The notes below the pieces were generated by a model. It saw only the letters and a list, made by a program, of their open reading frames with translations, did not search any database and was not told the origin of the DNA. The translations under genes and the position numbers were made by a program. DNA of 54,375 nucleotides, from the NCBI GenBank assembly GCA_014729275.1, contig WJKE01000102.1, forward strand, positions 1-54,375, given 5' to 3'. This document shows, in pieces, positions 8,464 through 17,322 of the stretch. The stretch comes from Candidatus Peregrinibacteria bacterium. GTDB lineage: Bacteria > Patescibacteriota > Gracilibacteria > UBA1369 > LOWO2-01-FULL-3. Positions within the stretch are counted from its first letter, which is position 1; each line of letters starts with the position of its first letter.

Positions 8464-10212
8464 ATGAGGCAAAAATTCCGAACAAAATTTATTATCCTTC
8501 TTCTTCTTGTTTCTCTTATCCCTACAATTTTTATCGGAATTATGAGCTATGAGATAAGTAAAACCGCTCTTTACGATCGAATAATAACTGATTTAAATAC
8601 CCAGGCTTCTCATGTTTTAGATCAAATAGATCGCTTTCTTTATGAATCATACAAGGATACCCAGCTTCTAATATCTGATACGACTTTGATTGATCCCAAA
8701 ACATCTACGGCGCAAAAAGAAACGGTTTTAAAAGAATATCTCATCAATCTTGGGCTTTATGATAATCTTTATCTCCTGGATTTAGAGGGGAACATTATCG
8801 CTTCTACAAACATTAATGCCAAGAGGGCGGAAATAAAAAACGCACAATGGTTTATTAATACAAAGAAGCTTTTTTTTAATGCCAGTGATGCCCTTGTTTC
8901 TCCTTTTACGGGAAAACCTACGATTCTTTTTTCTAATCTTATTTTAGATGAAAATAATGAGCCTACGGGAATAATTGTCGCCGAGTTAACATGGGCAGTC
9001 GTTCTTGATTTTCTTGATAATGTCCCAAGAGATACTGAGGCTATACTTTTAAATGATAATTATATACAGATAGGAGGAACCGAAGATGAAACATTTTTTG
9101 AGAAAGAATGGGGGCTTAAGTTAGCGGAACAATTAAATAATGAGATCTATTTGACTAGTTTTGTTAATTCCCAGGGATATCTTGTTTATAAAGGAAATAA
9201 TTGGAAACTTTTTTTACGAATGCCCGTGGATATAGCTCTTGCTCCTTTGCAAAGGCTTTTTAAGCTTATAGGTCTTATTTTGATCGGAACAATTTTGGCT
9301 ACCGGCCTGACAGGATTAATTTTTGGAGACCGATTTGTTAGCCCTATACAAAAGCTTATAATTGGAGCTGAGGCAATTCAGAAGGGTAATCTCAATCAAA
9401 AAATAAAAGTTAAATCGAAAGATGAAATTGGATATCTTGCTCGTGCTTTCAACGAAATGAGTAGTTCTCTTAAGGAAAAGCAGCAAAAGCTAAAGCGTGC
9501 TCTGAAAAAACAAAAACAACTTGAGAAAACTAAAGATGCAATATGGTCCACTGCTTCGCATAAACTTCGTACTCCTTTGACCGGGATGCGCTGGTCTATT
9601 GAGCTTCTTTGTTCAAATAATCTTGGAAATCTCAATAAAGAGCAAATTGATACAGTAAATCAAATTTATAAAAGCACTTTGCGCCTTAATTTTCTAGTGG
9701 ATCTTCTTTTAAATGCTACCCGCCTGGAAGAAGGAAAGATGAAATTAAACAAAGAAAAATTCTATTTGGAAGAAGTTATTGAGAAATCCATTGATAAACA
9801 AAAAATAGAAATCATAGAAAAGAATATTAAACTTCAAAAACCTGAAAAAAAGAAAGAAACTATCAAAGTAAATTTAGATAAAAACCGTATTCAGCAAGTC
9901 TTTGACAGTATTATTGAGAATGCAATTGTTTATAATCAGGAAAAAGGTGGGATAACAATTGATTTAAATAAAAAAGGAAAAAAAGTGATTTGTGAAATTG
10001 CAGATACAGGCGTGGGAATACCCGATGAAGATAAAGGAATAGTTTACCTGAAATTTCATAGAGGAAAAAATTCAGCAAAATATTACACTGAGGGGGTTGG
10101 ACTGGGGCTTTATTTAGCAAAGTACATTATTGAATCATCAAAAGGAAAAATTTGGTTTGAAAGTAAAATTAACGAAGGAACAAAATTTTATATTGAATTA
10201 CCTCTCGCCTAA
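8464..10212 (+). CDS. sensor histidine kinase (TM - Cache-like periplasmic domain - TM - HAMP - HisKA - HATPase)
   Basis: 582 aa. HAMP region (DEIGYLARAFNEM), H-box STASHKLRTPLTGM, N-box ENAIVYN, G-boxes DTGVGIP and GVGLGLYLAK. Confidence 0.85.
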   Translation: MRQKFRTKFIILLLLVSLIPTIFIGIMSYEISKTALYDRIITDLNTQASHVLDQIDRFLYESYKDTQLLISDTTLIDPKTSTAQKETVLKEYLINLGLYDNLYLLDLEGNIIASTNINAKRAEIKNAQWFINTKKLFFNASDALVSPFTGKPTILFSNLILDENNEPTGIIVAELTWAVVLDFLDNVPRDTEAILLNDNYIQIGGTEDETFFEKEWGLKLAEQLNNEIYLTSFVNSQGYLVYKGNNWKLFLRMPVDIALAPLQRLFKLIGLILIGTILATGLTGLIFGDRFVSPIQKLIIGAEAIQKGNLNQKIKVKSKDEIGYLARAFNEMSSSLKEKQQKLKRALKKQKQLEKTKDAIWSTASHKLRTPLTGMRWSIELLCSNNLGNLNKEQIDTVNQIYKSTLRLNFLVDLLLNATRLEEGKMKLNKEKFYLEEVIEKSIDKQKIEIIEKNIKLQKPEKKKETIKVNLDKNRIQQVFDSIIENAIVYNQEKGGITIDLNKKGKKVICEIADTGVGIPDEDKGIVYLKFHRGKNSAKYYTEGVGLGLYLAKYIIESSKGKIWFESKINEGTKFYIELPLA

Positions 10213-10434
10213 ACATAAAATTTTGCCTGCGCCTCCGTTTCGATCTCACATAGTTCGTCGAAACTGCGGCTTCGGCACGCTACCTCGCCATTATGTTCAA
10301 TGGGGGCTCACTGAAAAAGCTTGAAAAATTTACGGCCTGACCGGCCAATTTTTCATCGCTTTTTCTCTTTCGCCTTCGGCCACGCTAAGATCGCGTGGCT
10401 CTGCGGCTTCAGACCGTGAGCCTCGCTACTTTCA
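10213..10434. repeat. tRNA-trailer repeat region: two copies of a hairpin module (10225..10290, 10372..10430) plus a GTTCAATGGGG...CTGAAAAAGCTTGA block
   Basis: Shares the blocks AATTTTGCCTGCGCCTCCG, CTGCGGCTTCGG, CTCGCTACT and CTGAAAAAGCTTGA with 41160..41387. Each module contains a hairpin whose stem sequence differs between copies but stays complementary. Confidence 0.6.
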
Positions 10435-10522
10435 TGGCGGAGAGAGGGGGATTTGAACCCCCGGTGAGTTGCCCCACACACGCTTTCCAAGCGTGCGCCT
10501 TCGACCGCTCGGCCACCTCTCC
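10435..10522 (-). tRNA. tRNA-Ser(GGA), class II with long variable arm, CCA encoded
   Basis: Minus strand reads GGAGAGGTGGCCGAGCGGTCGAAGGCGCACGCTTGGAAAGCGTGTGTGGGGCAACTCACCGGGGGTTCAAATCCCCCTCTCTCCGCCA. It has a 7-bp acceptor, anticodon stem CACGC/GCGTG, loop TTGGAAA, and T arm GGGGG/CCCCC. Confidence 0.9.
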
Positions 10523-10613
10523 ATAAATTTCTCCAATGAGTTATATCATAAAAGCGTGATTTTTGTTAATTAATTTCTTGTTAGTTTTGAGCTTTTATGG
10601 CTAATATAGTTAC

Positions 10614-11249
10614 ATGTTAAATTTAGTTCAAATTTTCTTTTTTATTGTTGCGCTTTTGGTCACTTTAACTGTCCATGAAGCTTCTCATGCACTTGCCGCT
10701 TACTATTTGGGGGACCCAACCGCAAAAAATCGCGGCAGGCTTACTCTTAATCCGATTGCTCATCTGGATTTACTTGGTACTTTGGTTTTTATTGTAACTC
10801 AGCGAATTGGTTGGGGGAAACCAGTGCCCGTAAATCCCGCAAATTTTAAAAATCCTATTCGGGATAATGCGTTAACGTCTTTGGCCGGGCCAATGTCTAA
10901 TTTTATTTTGGCGTTTTCAGTTTCTTTGCCACTAAAGTATTTATCTGCATATATGCACGATTACTTGAGTCTGGCGCTGTGGATGATTTTTGACGTTAGT
11001 GTGTTTTTGGGTATTTTTAATTTGCTTCCTATTCCGCCACTTGATGGCTCTAAAATTTTGGGACTTATTCTGCCAAGACGATTGCATTTGAGATATGACC
11101 ATTACTTGAGTGAGGGTGGGAAATATTTTGTTGCGATAATCTTGATTGATGTTTTTATTTTGCGCTCGTTGGTTGGTTTTTCATTTTTGGCTTATATACT
11201 TAGTTTTTTGCATGAATGGGTAAGCGTGATTTTGTTGTTGGGTAGTTAG
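10614..11249 (+). CDS. site-2 protease family (peptidase M50) membrane metalloprotease
   Basis: 211 aa, polytopic. Has the HEASHALAA (HExxH) motif in TM1 and the LLPIPPLDG motif typical of M50/SpoIVFB-like proteases. Confidence 0.8.
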   Translation: MLNLVQIFFFIVALLVTLTVHEASHALAAYYLGDPTAKNRGRLTLNPIAHLDLLGTLVFIVTQRIGWGKPVPVNPANFKNPIRDNALTSLAGPMSNFILAFSVSLPLKYLSAYMHDYLSLALWMIFDVSVFLGIFNLLPIPPLDGSKILGLILPRRLHLRYDHYLSEGGKYFVAIILIDVFILRSLVGFSFLAYILSFLHEWVSVILLLGS

Positions 11250-11507
11250 TTTTTTGTAGATTTTGCCTGTACCGCGGTCATGAGGGGGCTTTACATTTTT
11301 TTATAATTTATTACTATGGGGATACTCTACCTTAATCGTCAGAGTCTTAACTACTCTCTCTATCATAAAAATATAAGGGATCCTGACATCACTTAAGGTT
11401 GCGACCTCGGGCTGAGGGAACCCACTTGACGGCTAAGGGGGCCAGTACGGAAAGAAATTCAACGTTAATGTAGAGTGTCTTAAAAAAAATGTAGCCATAA
11501 ATTTGGC

Positions 11508-11702
11508 TCATTTTTTTATTTTGGATTTTATCCAGTCAGTAATTTTTTTGCCACGCTCAGGGGCAATTAAAAGGATTCCAAGAATTATCATCAGCCATCC
11601 CTGGAGTATGGGAACTGCCAAGCCAATGATCCCGAGGATCAATATTATTGTGCCAAGACTTGTTTTAATAACTCTTTTTATCATCAGAATGAATGATAAC
11701 AT
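11508..11702 (-). CDS. small two-TM membrane protein (PGPGW-like)
   Basis: 64 aa and hydrophobic (LGIIGLAVPILQGWLMIILGILLIAPE). A weak hairpin plus T-run lies downstream. The overlapping plus-strand ORF 11503..11730 looks like a shadow ORF. Confidence 0.4.
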   Translation of the reverse strand: MLSFILMIKRVIKTSLGTIILILGIIGLAVPILQGWLMIILGILLIAPERGKKITDWIKSKIKK

Positions 11703-11804
11703 AATTTTGTACTCTACAAAGAAATGTTAAAAGATTTTGCTTGAGTTTTGAAGGTGTGTGTGTAATATTTATTTTTGAATAACTTCATAATTTAATTATT
11801 TGAT

Positions 11805-12005
11805 ATGAAAAAGAAATTATTCTCTCTGTTGATGGTTCTAACAGTATCTGCAACTGTTTTTGCAGGATGTAATTGGTTCCAGGAAAGTGAAGATATGGAA
11901 CCGGCTGAAGGTGAAAACGAAGCAAATCTGGAAGCTACAGTTCAGGTTATGCCAGCTCCAACAGCTAGTTTAACTGCTACAGTTCAGGTTGCTGCTGCTG
12001 AGTAG
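11805..12005 (+). CDS. small secreted lipoprotein
   Basis: 66 aa. Signal peptide with lipobox VFAGC. The 3' end overlaps the convergent VIT1 gene by 22 nt. Confidence 0.45.
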   Translation: MKKKLFSLLMVLTVSATVFAGCNWFQESEDMEPAEGENEANLEATVQVMPAPTASLTATVQVAAAE

Positions 12006-12721
12006 TATAAAAATTTAAGAAGAAAACCTATTAGGTAGGATATGGCGGCCGCAAGGCCGCCTATTATAAGTACCTCCATCCCGGATCTGTACCAGCTTTT
12101 AACGGTAAAGAAGGATTTTACTGTTCCGACCAGGAATAATGCCAGTAATGTGGTAGTACAAGTAATTATGAATGTGCTTTTTTGTTCAAGTCCAAATAAT
12201 GGTCTGAATAAGTAGGCGAGCAGCGGAATCAATCCAATTATAAAGAATGATGTAAATGTTGTCAGTGCTCCTTTCATGGGAGAAATGTTTTCTGAGGTCA
12301 TGTTAAATTCGTTTCTCATCATTAAATCTACCCAAGCCTCAGGATTGGATGTGATAATTTGTGTTGCTTTTTCAAGATCTTTCCCCTTAAATCCATATTT
12401 TTTAACTATTTGTCTCACTTCTTCTCTTTCTTCTTCTTCTTTTTCTTTAATGTGCTTAAATTCAATTTTGCGAATTTTTTCCTGTAATTCGCATTGGGCT
12501 TTGTCACTTAAATATTTTCCGGAAGCCATTGAAAATCCATCTGCAAACAGGTTGGCAAAACCCAAAATTAATATTATTGGTAAATTTAAAGCTGCACCTT
12601 CAACTCCCGCAACTACAGCAAAGGTGGTTACTGCTCCATCTATCCCGCCGTATACAAAATCCCGGAGCCAGGGGTATCTCCCGTTTCCACCTATTGAACC
12701 GTGCTCGTCATTATTAATCAT
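11984..12721 (-). CDS. VIT1/CCC1 family iron/manganese transporter
   Basis: 245 aa. Has the DFVYGGIDGAVTTFAVVAGVEGA signature, a cytosolic acidic helix region (KEKEEEEREE), and C-terminal TM segments. Confidence 0.8.
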   Translation of the reverse strand: MINNDEHGSIGGNGRYPWLRDFVYGGIDGAVTTFAVVAGVEGAALNLPIILILGFANLFADGFSMASGKYLSDKAQCELQEKIRKIEFKHIKEKEEEEREEVRQIVKKYGFKGKDLEKATQIITSNPEAWVDLMMRNEFNMTSENISPMKGALTTFTSFFIIGLIPLLAYLFRPLFGLEQKSTFIITCTTTLLALFLVGTVKSFFTVKSWYRSGMEVLIIGGLAAAISYLIGFLLKFLYYSAAAT

Positions 12722-12888
12722 AATTAAAATTTAGAGTTTTTGTTTAAAAAGATCAATGAATATTTAGGACTTGAAATGAAATCCTGGCAGTCTATAATGG
12801 TGAGTGCTAAAAAGATTCAGTTTTTGGCTGTCAAGTAATTTTTTGACACACACTTCGTTACAAAAATTACAATTTAACCCAAAGCGTT

Positions 12889-14139
12889 ATGAACAAAAAC
12901 AATGTGCAAAAAAATGTTTTAATTGGAGCACTTTCCGGTGGAGTAAGTTCGGTTTTGATCAGTTTCTTAATTGTGAATTTTTTAGTGACGCCGACTCAGT
13001 CGAATAATGAGGAAAAATTTGAGGCTCCTAAGGTGGAGGAAATTCACCATGAACAAGGCCTTATTTTAGAAGATTATATAGTTAATGCGGTAGAAAATTC
13101 TACCAGCGCAGTTGTTTCAATTATTGTTAGCCAGGATGTGCCTGTGCTTGAGCAGTATTATGAAGAATATAATTCTGATCCGTTTGGAGGAATGTTTAAT
13201 TCTCCTTTTGGTGGTTCTCCATTTAGTTTTCAGGTGCCCAAGTATCGTGAGACAGGTGAAACCGAGTTGAGGCAAATTGGAGGCGGATCTGGATTTTTGG
13301 TTTCTTCTGATGGATATATAATTACGAATAAGCATGTAGTTAGTGAGGAAGATTTTGAATATACGGTTTTTTTGGATGATGGGAGTGAATATGAGGCACA
13401 GGTTATTGCTCGGGATCCATTAAATGATATCGCTGTTTTGAAAATTGAGGGAAATGAATTTCCTTATCTGGAATTTGGTGATTCTGATGCTTTAAAATTA
13501 GGGCAGACTGTAATTGCAATTGGTAATCCTTTGCTTGAATATAATAATTCGGTCTCTACCGGTGTTGTTTCGGGATTGGGTAGGTCCATAATTGCGGGGA
13601 ATCGAGGTTTTGGTGGATCTGCTGAGGAGTTGGATGGTGTTATTCAAACAGATGCAGCTATTAATCCGGGAAATTCCGGTGGCCCTCTTTTGAATTTAAA
13701 CGGGCAGGTTATTGGGGTTAATGTAGCTGTTGCAAGTGCTGAAAATATTGGTTTTTCTCTTCCTGCAAATACTGTGAAATCCGCATTTCAATCTGTTAAG
13801 GAAAATGGGAAGATTGTCAGGCCCTTTTTGGGAATAAGATATATGCAAATAACAGAACAGTTAAAGGAGGCAAATAATCTGGATACGGATTATGGAGTTT
13901 TAATTGTCAGAGGACAGAAATTGGAGGATTTGGCTGTGATTCCCGGATCTCCCGCGGATAAAGCCGGTTTAATGGAAAATGACATTATTTTGGAGATTGA
14001 CGGTGAGAAGCTTGATGGAGAAAAATCTCTTGCCAAAATAATTGCCGCAAAGTCGGTGGGTGATAAGGTTGTGTTTAAGGTTTTGCATAAGGGAAAAGAG
14101 AAGACAATTGAAGTGGTTCTGGAGGCTTTGGATGATTAG
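12889..14139 (+). CDS. htrA: HtrA/DegP family serine protease with one PDZ domain
   Basis: 416 aa. N-terminal TM anchor, catalytic His (ITNKHV), Asp (DIAVLKI) and Ser (GNSGGPLLN), and a PDZ (GSPADKAGLMENDIILEIDG). Confidence 0.9.
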   Translation: MNKNNVQKNVLIGALSGGVSSVLISFLIVNFLVTPTQSNNEEKFEAPKVEEIHHEQGLILEDYIVNAVENSTSAVVSIIVSQDVPVLEQYYEEYNSDPFGGMFNSPFGGSPFSFQVPKYRETGETELRQIGGGSGFLVSSDGYIITNKHVVSEEDFEYTVFLDDGSEYEAQVIARDPLNDIAVLKIEGNEFPYLEFGDSDALKLGQTVIAIGNPLLEYNNSVSTGVVSGLGRSIIAGNRGFGGSAEELDGVIQTDAAINPGNSGGPLLNLNGQVIGVNVAVASAENIGFSLPANTVKSAFQSVKENGKIVRPFLGIRYMQITEQLKEANNLDTDYGVLIVRGQKLEDLAVIPGSPADKAGLMENDIILEIDGEKLDGEKSLAKIIAAKSVGDKVVFKVLHKGKEKTIEVVLEALDD

Positions 14140-14200
14140 GCCTTTGACGGTTTCGCATAAATATAGTATTTTTATATAGCTATTTAATAATCTTTATAAT

Positions 14201-16429
14201 ATGTTAAAAAAGATTTTGATTTCATTGATTGCAATCGGATTATTGTCTGTAGTTGCGGTCAGTTATGCGGCGGATTTGTATGATGTCGGTGGGCATGATA
14301 ATGAAACTGCGATCCAGTATCTTTATGATAATGGAGTGATCTCCGGCTATCCGGATGGAAGTTTTAGGCCTGATAGTGTTGTGAATAGGGCTGAACTCTT
14401 GAAAATATTGGTTGGAGGAACTGGTGTGACTCCTTCGGTATCTCAGTATAATAATTGTTTTCCGGATGTGAAGGATGATTGGTACGCGCCTTTTGTTTGT
14501 TATGCAAAGTCCGAAGGCTGGGTAGATGGTTATCCGGATGGAACTTTTAAGCCTGAGCAATATGTGAATAAGGTTGAGGCGATTAAAATGGTGGTGAATT
14601 CTCAGGAGTATTATGTGCCGAATACGGTTTCGGGTTATGACACAGTGCTATTTGATGATATTGATATGAATGAGTGGTATGCTCCTTATTTGCATACTGC
14701 TTCGCAGCGAGGGCTTTTGGAAGAGGAAGGAAGTTTTTCTCCTGAAGCTTTAATGCGACGTGGACAAATTAGTGAAAATATTTATAGAGCAATGATTATT
14801 GAGGCTCACGGATTGTATACTTTTGATGATTATAGAAGCGATAGAGTGGTTTCGCCTTATTTTGAAAATGGAGATATTGATTTTGGTGAATTAACTCCGT
14901 TTGATGCAACTGCTATAATGGCGGGAAAGACGGATACTATTGTTAATGGATATTATGAAGGTTTTGGTAATGATGAAATTACACAGGCTGATAAGGATTA
15001 TCTTCTTGGTTTACTGAATTGGTATGAGGCAGGAACAATTAAGGTTGAACCTTATGAAGGATGGAAACTACTTCTTCTTGAACTTCAGTGTGATGGAATG
15101 TGTTTTAGATCTGATGTATATAGACTTGCTTATAATAGCGAAACAAATGAGCTTAAATATTTAGTTGATTATTCTGATGGAGCGGATCACGATTATTTGG
15201 AGGTTCTAATTGGAAATCAGGATAGTGATGTGAGTTTAAGTGGATTGAATCCTCCTCAAACGGTTTCGGTTCCCGGAATGGACGTTACTCTTGAGTTGGA
15301 GTCAGCTTTTGCGGATTTTAATTCTGCTACTTATATAGGAGAAGTTGCTTTTACTGAATCTAAATATGGTCAGTTATATTTTGCGCCTGAACAATATGGT
15401 TATGGGTGTTTGTATTTTGAATCACCTGATGGAGTGATTAGTCAGTATAAATACGATATTGGTTTGCTTGATGATAGCGTTGTGATTAATTGGGAAGAAG
15501 GTGGCGAAACTAATCTTTCCTCAAATTATAGTTTGACCCATAGGGGGTGTGGAATAGCGGGGTCTTGTTATTTTGTTGATACTATTGATGAAAGTGAGAT
15601 TGTATTGGCAGGTGTTACTAATGATGGAGTTGAATTATATGAGGTTGCTGATCCTATTGAAGGGTATTCTGAAAATAAAGATCCAGAGGGAATATCAAGA
15701 AAGCCACAATATTTGTTGGATTCTTATTATCAGATTTATTTGAGGTTAAATGAGGATACATCGGTTACTTTTGATGATTATGTTGATCAGAAACCGCTTC
15801 TTTACTGGCAGGATCCTTTTGGAAGGTGGTCGAGTATTTTGCTTGATGATTTTATGCCTGCTGCTGAATGCGGTAAGCCAGTGATTTATTTGTATCCTGA
15901 GGAAACGACAGATGTGAGTGTGGAGGTTGGAATTAGCGAAATGACTGTGAGCATTCCGGATTATAATGAGGGATGGAAGGTAAAGGCGTATAGTGATGGA
16001 ACTCTTTATAATTACGAGGATAAACAAACATATCCTTATTTGTTTTGGGAAGGGCATAGTGATAAGGAATTGAAAGTTGATAAGGGGTTTATGGTTTCTA
16101 AAAAGGAGCTTGAATCGTTTTTGACCGGTAGCTTGAAGGAGTTAGGGTTAAATGCTCAGGAGAGTGATGATTTTATGGAATTTTGGTATCCGATTATGAT
16201 GGATAATTCTGAGAATTATTTTTATGTGACATTTGTTGGAACACAGGATTTTAATAAGATTGCACCTTTGGCAATTGAGCCTTGTCCCGATACTTTGCTT
16301 AGGGTGTTTATGTATTATGAACCGGTCGCAGCTCCTTACGCAGTGATTCCTCAAGAATTAAAAGGTATGGAACGAAGAGGGTTTACTGTTGTTGAATGGG
16401 GAGGAACATCATCCAGAACATGGAAATAA
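14201..16429 (+). CDS. S-layer homology (SLH) domain surface protein
   Basis: 742 aa. Signal peptide followed by three SLH-like repeats (GVISGYPDGSFRPDSVVNRAELLKIL; GWVDGYPDGTFKPEQYVNKVEAIKMV; a third degenerate copy). The large C-terminal region is unassigned. Confidence 0.8.
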   Translation: MLKKILISLIAIGLLSVVAVSYAADLYDVGGHDNETAIQYLYDNGVISGYPDGSFRPDSVVNRAELLKILVGGTGVTPSVSQYNNCFPDVKDDWYAPFVCYAKSEGWVDGYPDGTFKPEQYVNKVEAIKMVVNSQEYYVPNTVSGYDTVLFDDIDMNEWYAPYLHTASQRGLLEEEGSFSPEALMRRGQISENIYRAMIIEAHGLYTFDDYRSDRVVSPYFENGDIDFGELTPFDATAIMAGKTDTIVNGYYEGFGNDEITQADKDYLLGLLNWYEAGTIKVEPYEGWKLLLLELQCDGMCFRSDVYRLAYNSETNELKYLVDYSDGADHDYLEVLIGNQDSDVSLSGLNPPQTVSVPGMDVTLELESAFADFNSATYIGEVAFTESKYGQLYFAPEQYGYGCLYFESPDGVISQYKYDIGLLDDSVVINWEEGGETNLSSNYSLTHRGCGIAGSCYFVDTIDESEIVLAGVTNDGVELYEVADPIEGYSENKDPEGISRKPQYLLDSYYQIYLRLNEDTSVTFDDYVDQKPLLYWQDPFGRWSSILLDDFMPAAECGKPVIYLYPEETTDVSVEVGISEMTVSIPDYNEGWKVKAYSDGTLYNYEDKQTYPYLFWEGHSDKELKVDKGFMVSKKELESFLTGSLKELGLNAQESDDFMEFWYPIMMDNSENYFYVTFVGTQDFNKIAPLAIEPCPDTLLRVFMYYEPVAAPYAVIPQELKGMERRGFTVVEWGGTSSRTWK

Positions 16430-17280
16430 TAAAGAAAATTTTAGTTGTTGGTTTGCTTGTGAGTAGTATGACTGCCTGCAAGCAAACCAATGTTTCAGAT
16501 AATATATTTTTATCTGAAATAGATGATGTGGAAAATGCTTGTGAGACTTTTGGTGTTATTTTGCCTCATCATTTGCTTGTAGAACAATATATTGCTGAAG
16601 TTTACGGGTCTTTGAGTGATTGTGGTTTTGAGCGTGTGATTGTTGTGAGTCCCAATCATTTTAATTATGGTGCCAGATATATTCAAAGTTCGGATAAGGG
16701 GGTTTTATCCGAAATGGATAATTTGGATGTTGAAAATATTTTAATGCTTAAGCGCAGTAGTCCGCTTTCTATTGAGCCAAGATATTTTAGTTTGGAACAT
16801 GGAATAAGTGTGCAGCTTGAATTTTTGAACCAATACCTGCCAGAAGCGAAAGTTATCCCCATAATTATTAAAAAGGGAACTCCGGTTAATCAGTTGGAAC
16901 TTCTTGTTGGTGCGATTATGTCTTTGGATCTTTCTAATACTTTAGTTGTTGCCAGCATAGATTTTACTCATTTTGAGGGCGAAGATGCGGCTTTAATTAA
17001 TGATTCTAATACGGTTACCTGGATGCAGGAATTTAGTGAGAATAAGGGGAGTGAAAATATGTATGAGGAACTTTTAAATTTGGTCAAAGCCCTGGATGAA
17101 ACTAATGAAGAAGCAGTGGCATTTGATTCTGTTGAAAGTTTGTATGTGTTTTTATCGCTGATGTCGAGAACTGAAAATTTTAATTTTGGGTTTCTGCGCA
17201 GAACTTCGTCTGCTTCAATGTTGGGTTTGACAGATCCTTTGGATAACACAAGTCATATTTTTGCGAAGTTTTCAAAGTAG
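16420..17280 (+). CDS. MEMO1 / AmmeMemoRadiSam-B family lipoprotein
   Basis: The track start at 16396 overlaps the upstream gene. The ATG at 16420 gives MEIIKKILVVGLLVSSMTAC (lipobox). Memo-like motifs: ILPHH...RVIVVSPNH, SLEHGISVQLEFL, ASIDFTHF. Confidence 0.6.
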   Translation: MEIIKKILVVGLLVSSMTACKQTNVSDNIFLSEIDDVENACETFGVILPHHLLVEQYIAEVYGSLSDCGFERVIVVSPNHFNYGARYIQSSDKGVLSEMDNLDVENILMLKRSSPLSIEPRYFSLEHGISVQLEFLNQYLPEAKVIPIIIKKGTPVNQLELLVGAIMSLDLSNTLVVASIDFTHFEGEDAALINDSNTVTWMQEFSENKGSENMYEELLNLVKALDETNEEAVAFDSVESLYVFLSLMSRTENFNFGFLRRTSSASMLGLTDPLDNTSHIFAKFSK

Positions 17281-17322
17281 TTTATAATGGGAGGGAAAAA
17301 AAGAAAATAACCCCTCATAACT

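Noticed and set aside
10130-10324. Track ORF 10130..10324 (plus strand, 64 aa), running from the end of the kinase gene into the repeat region.
   Set aside because: It is out of frame with the kinase, overlaps its 3' end, and continues into the tRNA-trailer repeat. It has no start context or motif.
11395-11460. A possible TPP riboswitch (CUGAGGGAACCC...GGCUAAGGGGGCCAGUACGGAAAG loosely resembles the CUGAGA...ACCUGAUCUGGAUAAUGCCAGCGUAGGGAA core).
   Set aside because: The P3 stem and the ACCUGAU element are missing, the pyrophosphate-sensor pairing is weak, and no thiamine-related gene lies downstream. It is kept only as an unclassified structured-RNA candidate.
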